From Candidatus Auribacterota bacterium (GTDB lineage Bacteria > Auribacterota > JACPWU01): DNA of 26,397 bases. Shown in pieces: positions 17,762-26,200 of this stretch. Within the stretch, counting starts at the first letter, position 1; each line of letters begins with the position of its first letter. Under the pieces are notes generated by a model. That model was given only the letters and a program-made list of their open reading frames with translations, did not search any database and was not told the origin of the DNA. The translations under genes and the position numbers were made by a program. The stretch spans positions 1 to 26,397 of the forward strand of contig JAYRIK010000087.1 of the NCBI GenBank assembly GCA_041906865.1, given 5' to 3'.

Positions 17762-17978
17762 ATTATTAACTCTCCTTTCAAGTTCGAGTTTCATCTCTCT
17801 TAAGAAGCATGAAGCATGCCAAAACACAAAAAAGACATTTAATTATATTTTAAATGATTGGAATAGAAGTAGTTACAACTTCACAAAAAGACAGCGGCAA
17901 CTCTACCTTCTTTCTTTCTATTCTCCATTTTGAAGCATTTTTTTCGATGAAACTGCTTCAAAAAAATTTAAATAAATT

Positions 17979-18077
17979 TATTCTTCGAGCGAAGTCGATT
18001 CATCGGCTAAGTCGAGAAGATGCCATTCTAATCAGGATAAGATATTAGAAGAACTTTCGTTCTCGACAAGCTCGAAC
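17979..18077. repeat. REP-like family C inverted pair (TTCGAGC..GTCGAGAA)
   Basis: TATTCTTCGAGC..AGTCGAGAAG (17979-18019) plus reverse unit TTCTCGACAAGCTCGAAC (18060-18077); same ends as 19709-19767. Confidence 0.75.
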
Positions 18078-18139
18078 AATAAAACTAGTATTACAAAACT
18101 ATTTCTAATTCTTAGAACCATTTGAAGGAGAATTGAGGT

Positions 18140-18448
18140 ATGAGCCACTATGTGAAGTTAGCAAACATGAAAGAAATTTCAGTCGGATCTGGGAAAGCTA
18201 TAGAAGTTGAAGGAATCCCTATCGCTTTATTTAATGTGGACGGAAGCTTTTACGCGATTGCGAATAATTGTAAACATCGTGGCGGCCCATTAGGAGAAGG
18301 AAGTTTAGAAGATAAAGAGGTAATGTGCCCCTGGCATGGTTGGCAATATGATGTTACTTCTGGAGAATGCAGTTCTGTCCCTAGCGCTTCTGTAGCTAAA
18401 TACAATCTTAAAATCGAAGGAGAAGAGATTTTTGTTGAGCTTTCGTAA
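18140..18448 (+). CDS. Rieske [2Fe-2S] ferredoxin (NirD/dioxygenase-ferredoxin-like)
   Basis: CKHRGGPL..VMCPWHGW ligand boxes. Confidence 0.92.
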   Translation: MSHYVKLANMKEISVGSGKAIEVEGIPIALFNVDGSFYAIANNCKHRGGPLGEGSLEDKEVMCPWHGWQYDVTSGECSSVPSASVAKYNLKIEGEEIFVELS

Positions 18449-18454
18449 AATCTA

Positions 18455-19657
18455 TTAAAGGCCTGAATTACTTTCCTTGGGTGACTCCCTTTCTACTTCA
18501 ATATGAACAGTGAAAATAGTCTTTGAATCAACATTCAAAAGTTGCTTATGATTAAAATGTTGAAATGATCCTTGAGACTGTAACCAATAAATCAAAGTTT
18601 TCTCTTCATCATCATTTCCTACAATAATTTGAAGATCGTTTTCTTGTTTAACTAAACTTCCACCTTTTTCCTCCAGAAACTGTGTAAGTCCATCGATGGC
18701 TAAATCCTCATCCGACACAATCCAAATCCATTTTTGTATTTCCTTTTGCGAATCATTTATAGAATCAAAAGAAACTGTTTTTGCTTTTTCAGGAGAAGCT
18801 CCCAACGCATTTGATCGCACAGGTATTGCTTGACGAGCGGCCAAACCTGCCCCAACTGAAGTCTCTTCTTCGATGACACTCGAAGATTCAGATCTTGGAG
18901 CAACTGCCATATCTTCTGTTGGTAAAGACTCCCTCTTTGCTTCTTTAACACTTGCTTCTCGATAAGAGTCTTCTTTCTGAATAGTTGAACTTTCAGCGCT
19001 TCTTACTTCAGAAACACTTCCTGGTTTCATCAATGATAAAGGCTGTGATTCTTTTAAATCTTTCTCTTCTGTCAAATACGTATTTGAAGCACCCTCTGGA
19101 GCTTTGGCTTTATCTTCTGAACCCCTTATCTCTCTAGAAAGTTGTCCCCTATTTTCAAATTGTCTTCCTTCCCCAATAGGTAAAGGTTTCTTTGCATCGT
19201 TGGGGACATTTTCAACAATAGAAGAAGTAGGCAATTCTCTTTTTCTAGACAAAATAGGAGCTTCAAGTTCATCTGGAGAGGAAGCAGTTCCTATAAGTTC
19301 TTTCACAATGACAGGTCCTTTGGGAATAGGATGACGCGGCAGCATTTCATGAAACACAAAAAAACCAACGATTAAAAGAGCTGCTAACTGAATAGGAAGG
19401 ATCAAACGGCGAGAAAGAAAAATATTTTTAACTTTTTCTTCTCCTTTCAAACGTTTCTGAACAGCCTGAGCAAAACCAGCAGGGGCATGCACTCGTGAAA
19501 AAGTCTTAACTCCTCTCAAAAGTTTTTGAGTCTTTTGAAGAAGGATTCGACAGGTTTCGCATTGGCTCAAATGTTCTTCAAAAGCTTTTCTTTCTTCACC
19601 TAAAAGCTCTTGATCTAAAAAAGCGTCTATTTTTTGAACAATATCTTTACAATTCAT
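18455..19657 (-). CDS. Zinc-finger (zf-HC2) transmembrane anti-sigma factor with a long low-complexity periplasmic tail
   Basis: HLSQCETC (HxxxCxxC), single TM LILPIQLAALLIVGFFVF, directly downstream of the ECF sigma gene. GGAGG RBS before ATG 19657. Confidence 0.88.
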   Translation of the reverse strand: MNCKDIVQKIDAFLDQELLGEERKAFEEHLSQCETCRILLQKTQKLLRGVKTFSRVHAPAGFAQAVQKRLKGEEKVKNIFLSRRLILPIQLAALLIVGFFVFHEMLPRHPIPKGPVIVKELIGTASSPDELEAPILSRKRELPTSSIVENVPNDAKKPLPIGEGRQFENRGQLSREIRGSEDKAKAPEGASNTYLTEEKDLKESQPLSLMKPGSVSEVRSAESSTIQKEDSYREASVKEAKRESLPTEDMAVAPRSESSSVIEEETSVGAGLAARQAIPVRSNALGASPEKAKTVSFDSINDSQKEIQKWIWIVSDEDLAIDGLTQFLEEKGGSLVKQENDLQIIVGNDDEEKTLIYWLQSQGSFQHFNHKQLLNVDSKTIFTVHIEVERESPKESNSGL

Positions 19658-19699
19658 AAATGCCTCCCACGTCTCAAGGCACAACACCTGGCGTACGTA

Positions 19700-19779
19700 A
19701 AAATGAGACTTCTCGACTCCGCTTCGCTCTGCTCGAAGAATAATACTGTTCGAGCGCAGTCGAGAACATTACTCATTTT
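19700..19779. repeat. REP-like family C pair with 8-bp inverted ends, between sigma and anti-sigma genes
   Basis: AAAATGAG (19700-19707) / CTCATTTT (19772-19779) bracket CTTCTCGACT..GCTCGAAGAATA and GTTCGAGCGCAGTCGAGAAC. Confidence 0.75.
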
Positions 19780-20369
19780 CATTGTTGCTCCTTTAATAGC
19801 TCTCTTAAAGTCTTTCTCGCCCGCGAAAGCCTTGATTTTACTGTTCCAACATTCAAAGACAAAATATTCGCAATTTCTTCATAAGAAAGTTCCTGCATAT
19901 CTCTTAAAATAATTACTTCTCGAAACTCGGCATCCAATTTTTTCAAACCCTCATCAATGGCCTCCAACATCTCTTTAGAAATAGCCTGCTCTCGGGATAA
20001 AGGAGCTTCATCCACAGGATCTATTTCAAACTCTCCTTCTTCATCCGAATACTTTGAAAAAGAAACCCATTGGCGCAACTTCTTCCATCGAAGCTTGCTC
20101 TTGGCTAAATTGATGGCAATGCGATAAAGCCATGTCGAAAATTTTGCATCCCGTCTAAAACTTTCTAAACTTCTAAAAGCCTTCACAAAAGCCTCTTGAG
20201 CCATATCTTCGGCTTCTCCAAAATCTCTTAAAATCTGAAATATCATGGATACAATGCGATCCTGATACTTCAGGACAAGCTGATTAAAAGCCTCCAAATC
20301 TCCTCTTTTAGAAGCTTCCACCCAGACTTTTTCCTGAGCCCAATCTTGCATTGAAATCTCATCATCCAT
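19779..20369 (-). CDS. ECF RNA polymerase sigma factor (RpoE/SigW-like)
   Basis: Region 2 AEDMAQEAFVKAF..FSTWLYRIAIN; region 4 LSYEEIANILSLNVGTVKSRLSRAR. Confidence 0.95.
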   Translation of the reverse strand: MDDEISMQDWAQEKVWVEASKRGDLEAFNQLVLKYQDRIVSMIFQILRDFGEAEDMAQEAFVKAFRSLESFRRDAKFSTWLYRIAINLAKSKLRWKKLRQWVSFSKYSDEEGEFEIDPVDEAPLSREQAISKEMLEAIDEGLKKLDAEFREVIILRDMQELSYEEIANILSLNVGTVKSRLSRARKTLRELLKEQQ

Positions 20370-20373
20370 TAAT

Positions 20374-20401
20374 TTAGACGCCTTTCGTGAAGAAAAGTTC
20401 C
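20374..20401 (-). promoter_or_regulatory. ECF-type promoter driving the sigma gene (autoregulation)
   Basis: GGAACTTTT-CTTCACGAAAG-GCGTCTAA; GAACTT-N16-TCTAA matches the RpoE/AlgU-type consensus. ATG lies 4 nt downstream. Confidence 0.85.
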
Positions 20402-20450
20402 CATTATTCTACTAAAAATAAAAAGCCAAAAAACAATTATCATATTTTAT

Positions 20451-20478
20451 GGAACTTTTTTCAAAAACACGCGTCTAA
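20451..20478 (+). promoter_or_regulatory. ECF-type promoter driving the divergent secreted-protein cluster
   Basis: GGAACTTTT-TTCAAAAACAC-GCGTCTAA; same 9-nt and 8-nt boxes and spacing as the minus-strand copy. Confidence 0.85.
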
Positions 20479-20542
20479 GTAAGTAGAAATCGACATTACT
20501 TATTTGATACTATTTGTGTAACTTTAACGGGAGGAAAATGAA

Positions 20543-21010
20543 ATGATAAGAATAAGAGATATTAAGCCTATTCTACTTTTATTTTTTCTTATGAGTTCTT
20601 CTTTTTGTAAAGCAGATAATTTTTCAAATAACCCCTCTCAACCAGAAAAAGAGGCTTACAACTTACTTCTACATGATGAAACTTTTTGCTTCTCAGGATT
20701 GGGAGAATCAGGAATTCCTAGTCCAGAAATTGGAGCCATGAAAACAATTCTTGCATCTACTCACGCAAAAGAACAATTAATTTCCCTCTATGATGAAGGA
20801 TCGACGATTGCAAAACTATATGCTTTGATAGGAATTTGGCATTTGAACAAAGAAGAATTTTCCTCTAGGGCCGAAAAAATAAACAAGGAAGATTCTGCAG
20901 TCCCTGAAATCTCTGGCTGTAATCCAAGACCTATACCCAAAAGAGTTGCGGATATTCTTGCAGCTATTAAAGGAAATGTTTTTGAATGGCATCTTAAAAA
21001 TCATCAATAG
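20543..21010 (+). CDS. Secreted helical hypothetical protein, tandem paralogue 1
   Basis: Signal peptide; 87/118 identity to 21022-21477 over the core by manual alignment; two conserved Cys (FCFSG, ISGC). Confidence 0.85.
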   Translation: MIRIRDIKPILLLFFLMSSSFCKADNFSNNPSQPEKEAYNLLLHDETFCFSGLGESGIPSPEIGAMKTILASTHAKEQLISLYDEGSTIAKLYALIGIWHLNKEEFSSRAEKINKEDSAVPEISGCNPRPIPKRVADILAAIKGNVFEWHLKNHQ

Positions 21011-21021
21011 AGAGGACTTCC

Positions 21022-21477
21022 ATGAAACTTACAGGAATCATTTTATTTCTATTTTTTCTTACAACCTTTTCTAAAGCGGATGATTCGATGAAAAATGCTT
21101 TTTCTTCAGAACAAGAGGCTTACAATTTACTTTTAAATGATCAAAATTTTTGTTTTTCAGGATTAGGAGCCTCAGGCCACAAAAGCAAAGAAATTGTCGC
21201 AATAAAAAATATTCTTGCATCTCCTCATGCGGTTGAACAACTGATATCACTTTATGAAAAGGGTTCTACGGCTGCCAAGCTTTATTCCCTCATAGGACTT
21301 TGGCATTTAAAGAGAGAAGAATTTTCATCAAGAGCTGAAGAAATTAAAAAAGAGAATCCTCAGGTTTCTGAAATTTCTGGTTGTGACCCTACCCCCTATC
21401 CTAGAAGAGTCGCAGATATTGTTGCAGCTATTAAAGGAAATGTTTTTGAATGGCATCTTAAAGAAAAAGCCAAGTAA
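21022..21477 (+). CDS. Secreted helical hypothetical protein, tandem paralogue 2
   Basis: Signal peptide (SKA-DD), GAGG RBS; shares a 41-nt identical block (20958-20998 = 21422-21462) with paralogue 1. Confidence 0.87.
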   Translation: MKLTGIILFLFFLTTFSKADDSMKNAFSSEQEAYNLLLNDQNFCFSGLGASGHKSKEIVAIKNILASPHAVEQLISLYEKGSTAAKLYSLIGLWHLKREEFSSRAEEIKKENPQVSEISGCDPTPYPRRVADIVAAIKGNVFEWHLKEKAK

Positions 21478-21495
21478 AATTTAAGGAGAAACAAA

Positions 21496-22962
21496 ATGAA
21501 ACTGAATCTTATAAAAACAAAAAAAATCTTCACCTCATACTTAAGTCTTCTCGCATTTTTTTATTTATCAAGCGCTCACACAGGAATGGCAGAGCTAAAA
21601 TCTCAGCAATCGACTCTTTCCGATCGAAAAAGCGTGAATATCACGATTTATAATTCGGATTTGGGATTGGTGAAGGAAACACGAGCCCTTAAACTTGAAA
21701 AAGGACTTTTGAATTTGGCTTTTATGGATGTAGCGTCCAAAATTCAAACAGAAACCGTTCATATTAAATCTTTATCTGATCCCGCAAGTCTTTCCATTCT
21801 TGAACAAAATTACCAATACGATTTACTCAGCCCTGAAAAATTGCTTGAAAAATACATTGGCAAAAAAATCAAAGTTTATCGTTGGAATGATGTGACAGGC
21901 AAAGATCAAGAATATGAAGCCGAAGTTCTTTCGAACAATAATGGGACCATTCTCAAAATAGGAGATGAAATCACCTATGGTTTTCCTGCACGCTTCTCTT
22001 TCCCTGAAGTCCCTAAAAATCTTATCTCCAAACCCACTCTGGTTTGGCTTTTAGAAAATGAACTCCCTGAACAAGAATTAGAAGTGTCTTATTTAACGGA
22101 AGGAATGACCTGGAAATCAGACTATGTTTTAACCGTCAATAAAGATGAAAATGGTGGAGATTTCAACGGCTGGGTCACATTGAATAATACCAGTGGGACA
22201 ATTTATGAAAATGCAACCTTGAAACTGGTTGCAGGAGATGTTCACCGCATTCCAAAACCTTTAGGTTATTTAGGCTGTGTCGAAGCAGAAACAGCCGCTG
22301 CTCCCCGCATGCAAAAAGCACGTGCGGACTTCAAAGAAGAATCTTTTTTTGAATATCATCTCTATACCCTTCAACGCCCCACCACTCTTTTAGACAACGA
22401 ACAAAAACAAGTTTCACTCTTGGAAGCCCCGAATATCAAGCTTGAGAAGAAACTGATTTTCTACGGACAACCTTACTATTATCGTGGTTCTTACGGTCAA
22501 GTGATGTCCAATCAAAAAGTGGGGGTTTATCTAGATATTGAAAACAAAAAAGAAAATGGAATGGGCATGCCTCTTCCTAAAGGTAATGTTCGTGTTTACA
22601 AAGCTGATACAGAAGGATCTCTTCAATTCATTGGAGAAGATTCCATTGATCACACGCCCAAAGACGAAAAAGTGCGCATCAAAATGGGAGAAGCATTTGA
22701 TGTGGTAGGCGAACGCAAACAAATGGAATGGAAAGCTGAAGGTATTTGTGGTTCTGAATCTACTTGGGAAGTAACACTTAAAAATCATAAAGACCAAGAT
22801 GCTGCAGTGGAAGTTGTAGAACCTATCAATGGCGACTGGAAAATTCTTTCCTCTTCCCATCCTTATGAAAAAATAGATGCTCATACATTCACATTCAAAA
22901 TTGTAGTTCCCAAAAATGGAGAAGTCAAAATTCAATATCGCGTTCAAATTGATTGGTGCTAA
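21496..22962 (+). CDS. DUF4139 (with DUF4140-like N-terminus) exported protein
   Basis: VNITIYNSDLGLVKETR, ILEQNYQYDLLSPEKLLEKYIG, SYLTEGMTWKSDY, PLPKGNVRVY, FIGEDSIDHTPKDE; signal peptide; AAGGAG RBS. Confidence 0.88.
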   Translation: MKLNLIKTKKIFTSYLSLLAFFYLSSAHTGMAELKSQQSTLSDRKSVNITIYNSDLGLVKETRALKLEKGLLNLAFMDVASKIQTETVHIKSLSDPASLSILEQNYQYDLLSPEKLLEKYIGKKIKVYRWNDVTGKDQEYEAEVLSNNNGTILKIGDEITYGFPARFSFPEVPKNLISKPTLVWLLENELPEQELEVSYLTEGMTWKSDYVLTVNKDENGGDFNGWVTLNNTSGTIYENATLKLVAGDVHRIPKPLGYLGCVEAETAAAPRMQKARADFKEESFFEYHLYTLQRPTTLLDNEQKQVSLLEAPNIKLEKKLIFYGQPYYYRGSYGQVMSNQKVGVYLDIENKKENGMGMPLPKGNVRVYKADTEGSLQFIGEDSIDHTPKDEKVRIKMGEAFDVVGERKQMEWKAEGICGSESTWEVTLKNHKDQDAAVEVVEPINGDWKILSSSHPYEKIDAHTFTFKIVVPKNGEVKIQYRVQIDWC

Positions 22963-22974
22963 TAAAAATCGTAT

Positions 22975-23020
22975 TGCGTCATGCGTTGTGCGTTCTACGT
23001 AAAAAACATAACGCATGACG
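22975..23020. repeat. Inverted heptamer repeat (RTGCGTY / ACGCATR family), intergenic
   Basis: TGCGTC-ATGCGTT-GTGCGTT..ACGCATG-ACG, preceded by TAAAAATCG as is the 26114 copy. Confidence 0.75.
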
Positions 23021-23041
23021 GACAAAGACAAGGAGATATGT

Positions 23042-26000
23042 ATGAAAATCTTAAAATTAGTTCTAGTAATACCGCTTATATTTCTAACTCTGCTCTCTTT
23101 AAAAGCAGATACGCCTACAAATGGATATATTTCCCTTACTGCTTCGGATGGAACAGGACTTGAATTAAGAGACATGAAAGTAAAAGCTGTGGTCGATGGG
23201 ATGACAGCTTTTACAGAAATGGAATTAACTTTCTATAATCCTGAAAATCGCCAAAGAGAAGGACATTTTTCTATTCTACTTCCTCCTAAAGCTACGATGA
23301 GTCGATTTGCCATGATGATCAATGATCGTTGGCAAGAGGGTGAAGTCGTTGAGACTCAAAAAGCACGCCAAGCCTATGAAGATTTTCTTCATCGCAAGCA
23401 AGATCCTGCTTTATTGGAACAGGACAATGGGAATATGTTTAGAGCTCGTATTTTCCCAATTCCTGCCAATGCTGAAAAAAAGTTGATTGTGTCCTATTCT
23501 GAGTTATTGGTAAACAATCATGCAACTTACGTTTTCCCTCTCAAAGGACTCCCCCAACTCAAAGATATGTCCATCAAGGTTTTTTATAAAGATAAATCTG
23601 TTCCAACAGGGAAAGATGTTGGAGTTGTCTCGTCTCTGGGCGGACAGGTAAAAAATTGGAAAGTCATGAGTGTTGAAAAGAAAGATTATCAACCAGATCA
23701 GGATTTTTCTTTAAGCTTCCCTTTTGTACAAAAAGATATTTATGCACTTCGTGTGGAGAATATGGCTGCCGTAAAATTTCAACCTTTTCCCGTAGGTTTA
23801 AAATGGAAAAGTAAAATTTTAAATGACTGGGTAATTCTCTATGATACATCGGCATCTCAAGCACTAGATTATGAGAAAAATATAAACCAATTTGGAAAAC
23901 TCCTTCAAGAGCTGTTCGATGAAAAAGCAGCAAATTCTATCTCAGTGATTGCTTTCGACCAAGAAATTCAAAAAATAGCCGAAATCACCAAGCCTGAAGA
24001 GATTGAAAAAATTCTTATCTCTTTAAAAGAACGCCAAGCATTAGGTGCTTCTAATTTTGAGAACGCCTTCACAAAGCTATCCGAGTTAATGAACTCTCAA
24101 GCTGAACGTCTCCTGATTATTTCGGACGGAGCAGCCACAGCTTTTGAAACTGATAAAATAAAGTTGTCAGAGAAACTCGGGCAAATAAAATCCATTCAAA
24201 GAACGGATTGTTTGGCCTTATCCACTTATCGCAATGAAGATTTTTTAACCACTATGTCCCGATCAAGTAAAGAAGCGGGTGTTGTCCTCTACGGGAAAAT
24301 GGAGCAAGAAGTAATGATTAAAAAATTAAGGACGCCAACATGGAAAGAAATGACCATTGAAGTCCCAGGAGCCGAATGGTTTTGGCCACAGAAGCTCGAA
24401 GGCCTCCAACCTGGGGATGAAATCGTGGTGTTCGCCGAAATTGCCAAGGACAAACCATTTCAAATTAAATATCTCGACCAAACGATCCGTCTACAGCCTG
24501 AATCAACCGAAGCACAACTTCTCAAACGAGAATGGGTCAAGGCCCGCATTCAAAAACTTCTTGAAAGTGAAACAACTTCTCAAGACAAAGATATGAAAAG
24601 TGCTTTCCATAATGAAGTTGTCCGACTTTCAGAAAAAGAACGTGTTCTCTCCCCTTACACATCTCTTTTGGTATTAGAAACAGAGTGGGATTATCAACGC
24701 TACAGCATTGATCGAAATGCGTTAGCTGACATTCTGACAATTGGACCTGATGGTTTGACTCTCATCAACCGCAAAAGTGAAGACATTGTTGCTGTACGAC
24801 CCCCAGCCCCAGGACAAGGGAATTTAGTCAGGGCAGAAGTCGCTCGTAAACAGGCATCTCCGACATCTGGTCAGTCAAATTTTGAGGGAGAGCTAAATGC
24901 GATTATTAATGAAGGCCGACAAAATTCAGACGTTTCCTTTTCATCCGATGCCAAAGCTAAAGAAGAAGGGGACTTAGGCTCTGCAGCGCCCTCAAGAAAA
25001 GTAGAACAAGCTGTAACGGGGGCTTCTTCAACTCAAAATCAAGTTATGGAAAGACGTGTGATGGAGAATGTAGCGCCAGCTAGACAAAGAGTCACTACGC
25101 CTCCTTCAAATCCAGTCCCCTCCATCTTCTCTGAACAAGTGAGTGGGACAAGCAATATTGAAACAAATGGAAAAGAGCCATGGATTGGCGATTATGCCCA
25201 AGCCAAGAAAATGATGAAAGATTCAGATCTTAAGTCCACCAAGGAATTTATTTTACAGTGGAGAACAAAAAATCCTGCCGATGCATTAGCCCTTATTGCC
25301 CTCGGAGAAGTAGAAGCAAAAATGGGCAATGGGCTTGCTGCAGCCCGTGCTTACGGTTCATTGATTGATCTCTTCCCTTCTCGAGCTGATATTCGACGTT
25401 GGGCCTCCGAACGTCTTTTAGAAATTACCGAAGGACAGACCTTGGCTAAAGATTCTTTGATCAAAGCAAATGAACAAAGAAAAGATCATCCTTCAGGATA
25501 CGTATTGCTTGCCACAGCAGAAATGATCACGGGTCATTTGGATTCGGCCATTAACATTCTTGTCGCAGGTTTAAGTCGTCAATATCCTGATAGATATCCT
25601 CAAGTAGATCGAATCATGAAAGAGATGATTGGTTTAATTCTGTCATCTAAACAGGGTCAACATTTACTTAAGGATGAGGCTATTCAAGAAATTATACGAA
25701 AATACAACGTTGATATAAAAATGAAACCTCAACTACGATTTCTCTTAACTTGGGAAACAGATGCCAATGATGTCGACTTTCATATTTATGACAAGGACAA
25801 GAATCACGCATTTTATCAAGGCAAAATCCTAAGTTCCGGTGGCGAGCTTTATGCAGATATCACACAAGGATACGGTCCTGAATGTTTTGCTGTAGAAAAT
25901 CCGAAAGCTTTCCCCTATCAGCTTCAAGCCCATTATTATTCTCGCGGCCCTATGGGATATGGTATGGGCTTATTGCAAGTTGTTCGTTTTTCTGAGGATT

Positions 26001-26095
26001 TAAACTTGTCAATCGAGAATAGACCTTTTATCATCATGCAAGATCAAGCCTTTGTGAATTTAGGAGAAGTGCATTCTCAAACTGCAACAAAGTAA
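23042..26095 (+). CDS. Exported VIT + vWA-like + TPR + DUF2135 (YfaP-like) protein
   Basis: VIT: TEMELTFYNPENRQREG..RFAM..EGEVVE..ARQAYE..DPALLEQ..RARIFPIP. vWA: LYDTSASQ. C-terminal LRFLLTWETDANDVDFHI..YADITQGYGPECF. Start moved to ATG 23042 (AAGGAG). Confidence 0.85.
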   Translation: MKILKLVLVIPLIFLTLLSLKADTPTNGYISLTASDGTGLELRDMKVKAVVDGMTAFTEMELTFYNPENRQREGHFSILLPPKATMSRFAMMINDRWQEGEVVETQKARQAYEDFLHRKQDPALLEQDNGNMFRARIFPIPANAEKKLIVSYSELLVNNHATYVFPLKGLPQLKDMSIKVFYKDKSVPTGKDVGVVSSLGGQVKNWKVMSVEKKDYQPDQDFSLSFPFVQKDIYALRVENMAAVKFQPFPVGLKWKSKILNDWVILYDTSASQALDYEKNINQFGKLLQELFDEKAANSISVIAFDQEIQKIAEITKPEEIEKILISLKERQALGASNFENAFTKLSELMNSQAERLLIISDGAATAFETDKIKLSEKLGQIKSIQRTDCLALSTYRNEDFLTTMSRSSKEAGVVLYGKMEQEVMIKKLRTPTWKEMTIEVPGAEWFWPQKLEGLQPGDEIVVFAEIAKDKPFQIKYLDQTIRLQPESTEAQLLKREWVKARIQKLLESETTSQDKDMKSAFHNEVVRLSEKERVLSPYTSLLVLETEWDYQRYSIDRNALADILTIGPDGLTLINRKSEDIVAVRPPAPGQGNLVRAEVARKQASPTSGQSNFEGELNAIINEGRQNSDVSFSSDAKAKEEGDLGSAAPSRKVEQAVTGASSTQNQVMERRVMENVAPARQRVTTPPSNPVPSIFSEQVSGTSNIETNGKEPWIGDYAQAKKMMKDSDLKSTKEFILQWRTKNPADALALIALGEVEAKMGNGLAAARAYGSLIDLFPSRADIRRWASERLLEITEGQTLAKDSLIKANEQRKDHPSGYVLLATAEMITGHLDSAINILVAGLSRQYPDRYPQVDRIMKEMIGLILSSKQGQHLLKDEAIQEIIRKYNVDIKMKPQLRFLLTWETDANDVDFHIYDKDKNHAFYQGKILSSGGELYADITQGYGPECFAVENPKAFPYQLQAHYYSRGPMGYGMGLLQVVRFSEDLNLSIENRPFIIMQDQAFVNLGEVHSQTATK

Positions 26096-26113
26096 ATGGG
26101 TAAAAATCGGGAA

Positions 26114-26185
26114 GCGTTGTGCGTCATGAGAGCTGCATAAAAAAAAGCATCTATTCTCATAACGCATTACGCATCTCGCATAACG
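26114..26185. repeat. Inverted heptamer repeat (RTGCGTY / ACGCATR family), intergenic
   Basis: GCGTTGT-GCGTCAT-GAG.. facing ACGCATT-ACGCATC-TCGCATA-ACG. Confidence 0.75.
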
Positions 26186-26200
26186 AGGTACAGTTTTAAT

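Noticed and set aside
17533-18048. + strand ORFs at 17533, 17688 and 17854
   Set aside because: They are antisense to the Tyr-rich gene or run through repeats, with no RBS or motif support.
18757-24740. Short ORFs at 18757, 19104, 19634, 20816, 22531, 22981, 23504, 23664, 24357 and 24537
   Set aside because: They overlap longer motif-bearing CDSs. The 214-aa antisense ORF at 22531 has no recognisable features.
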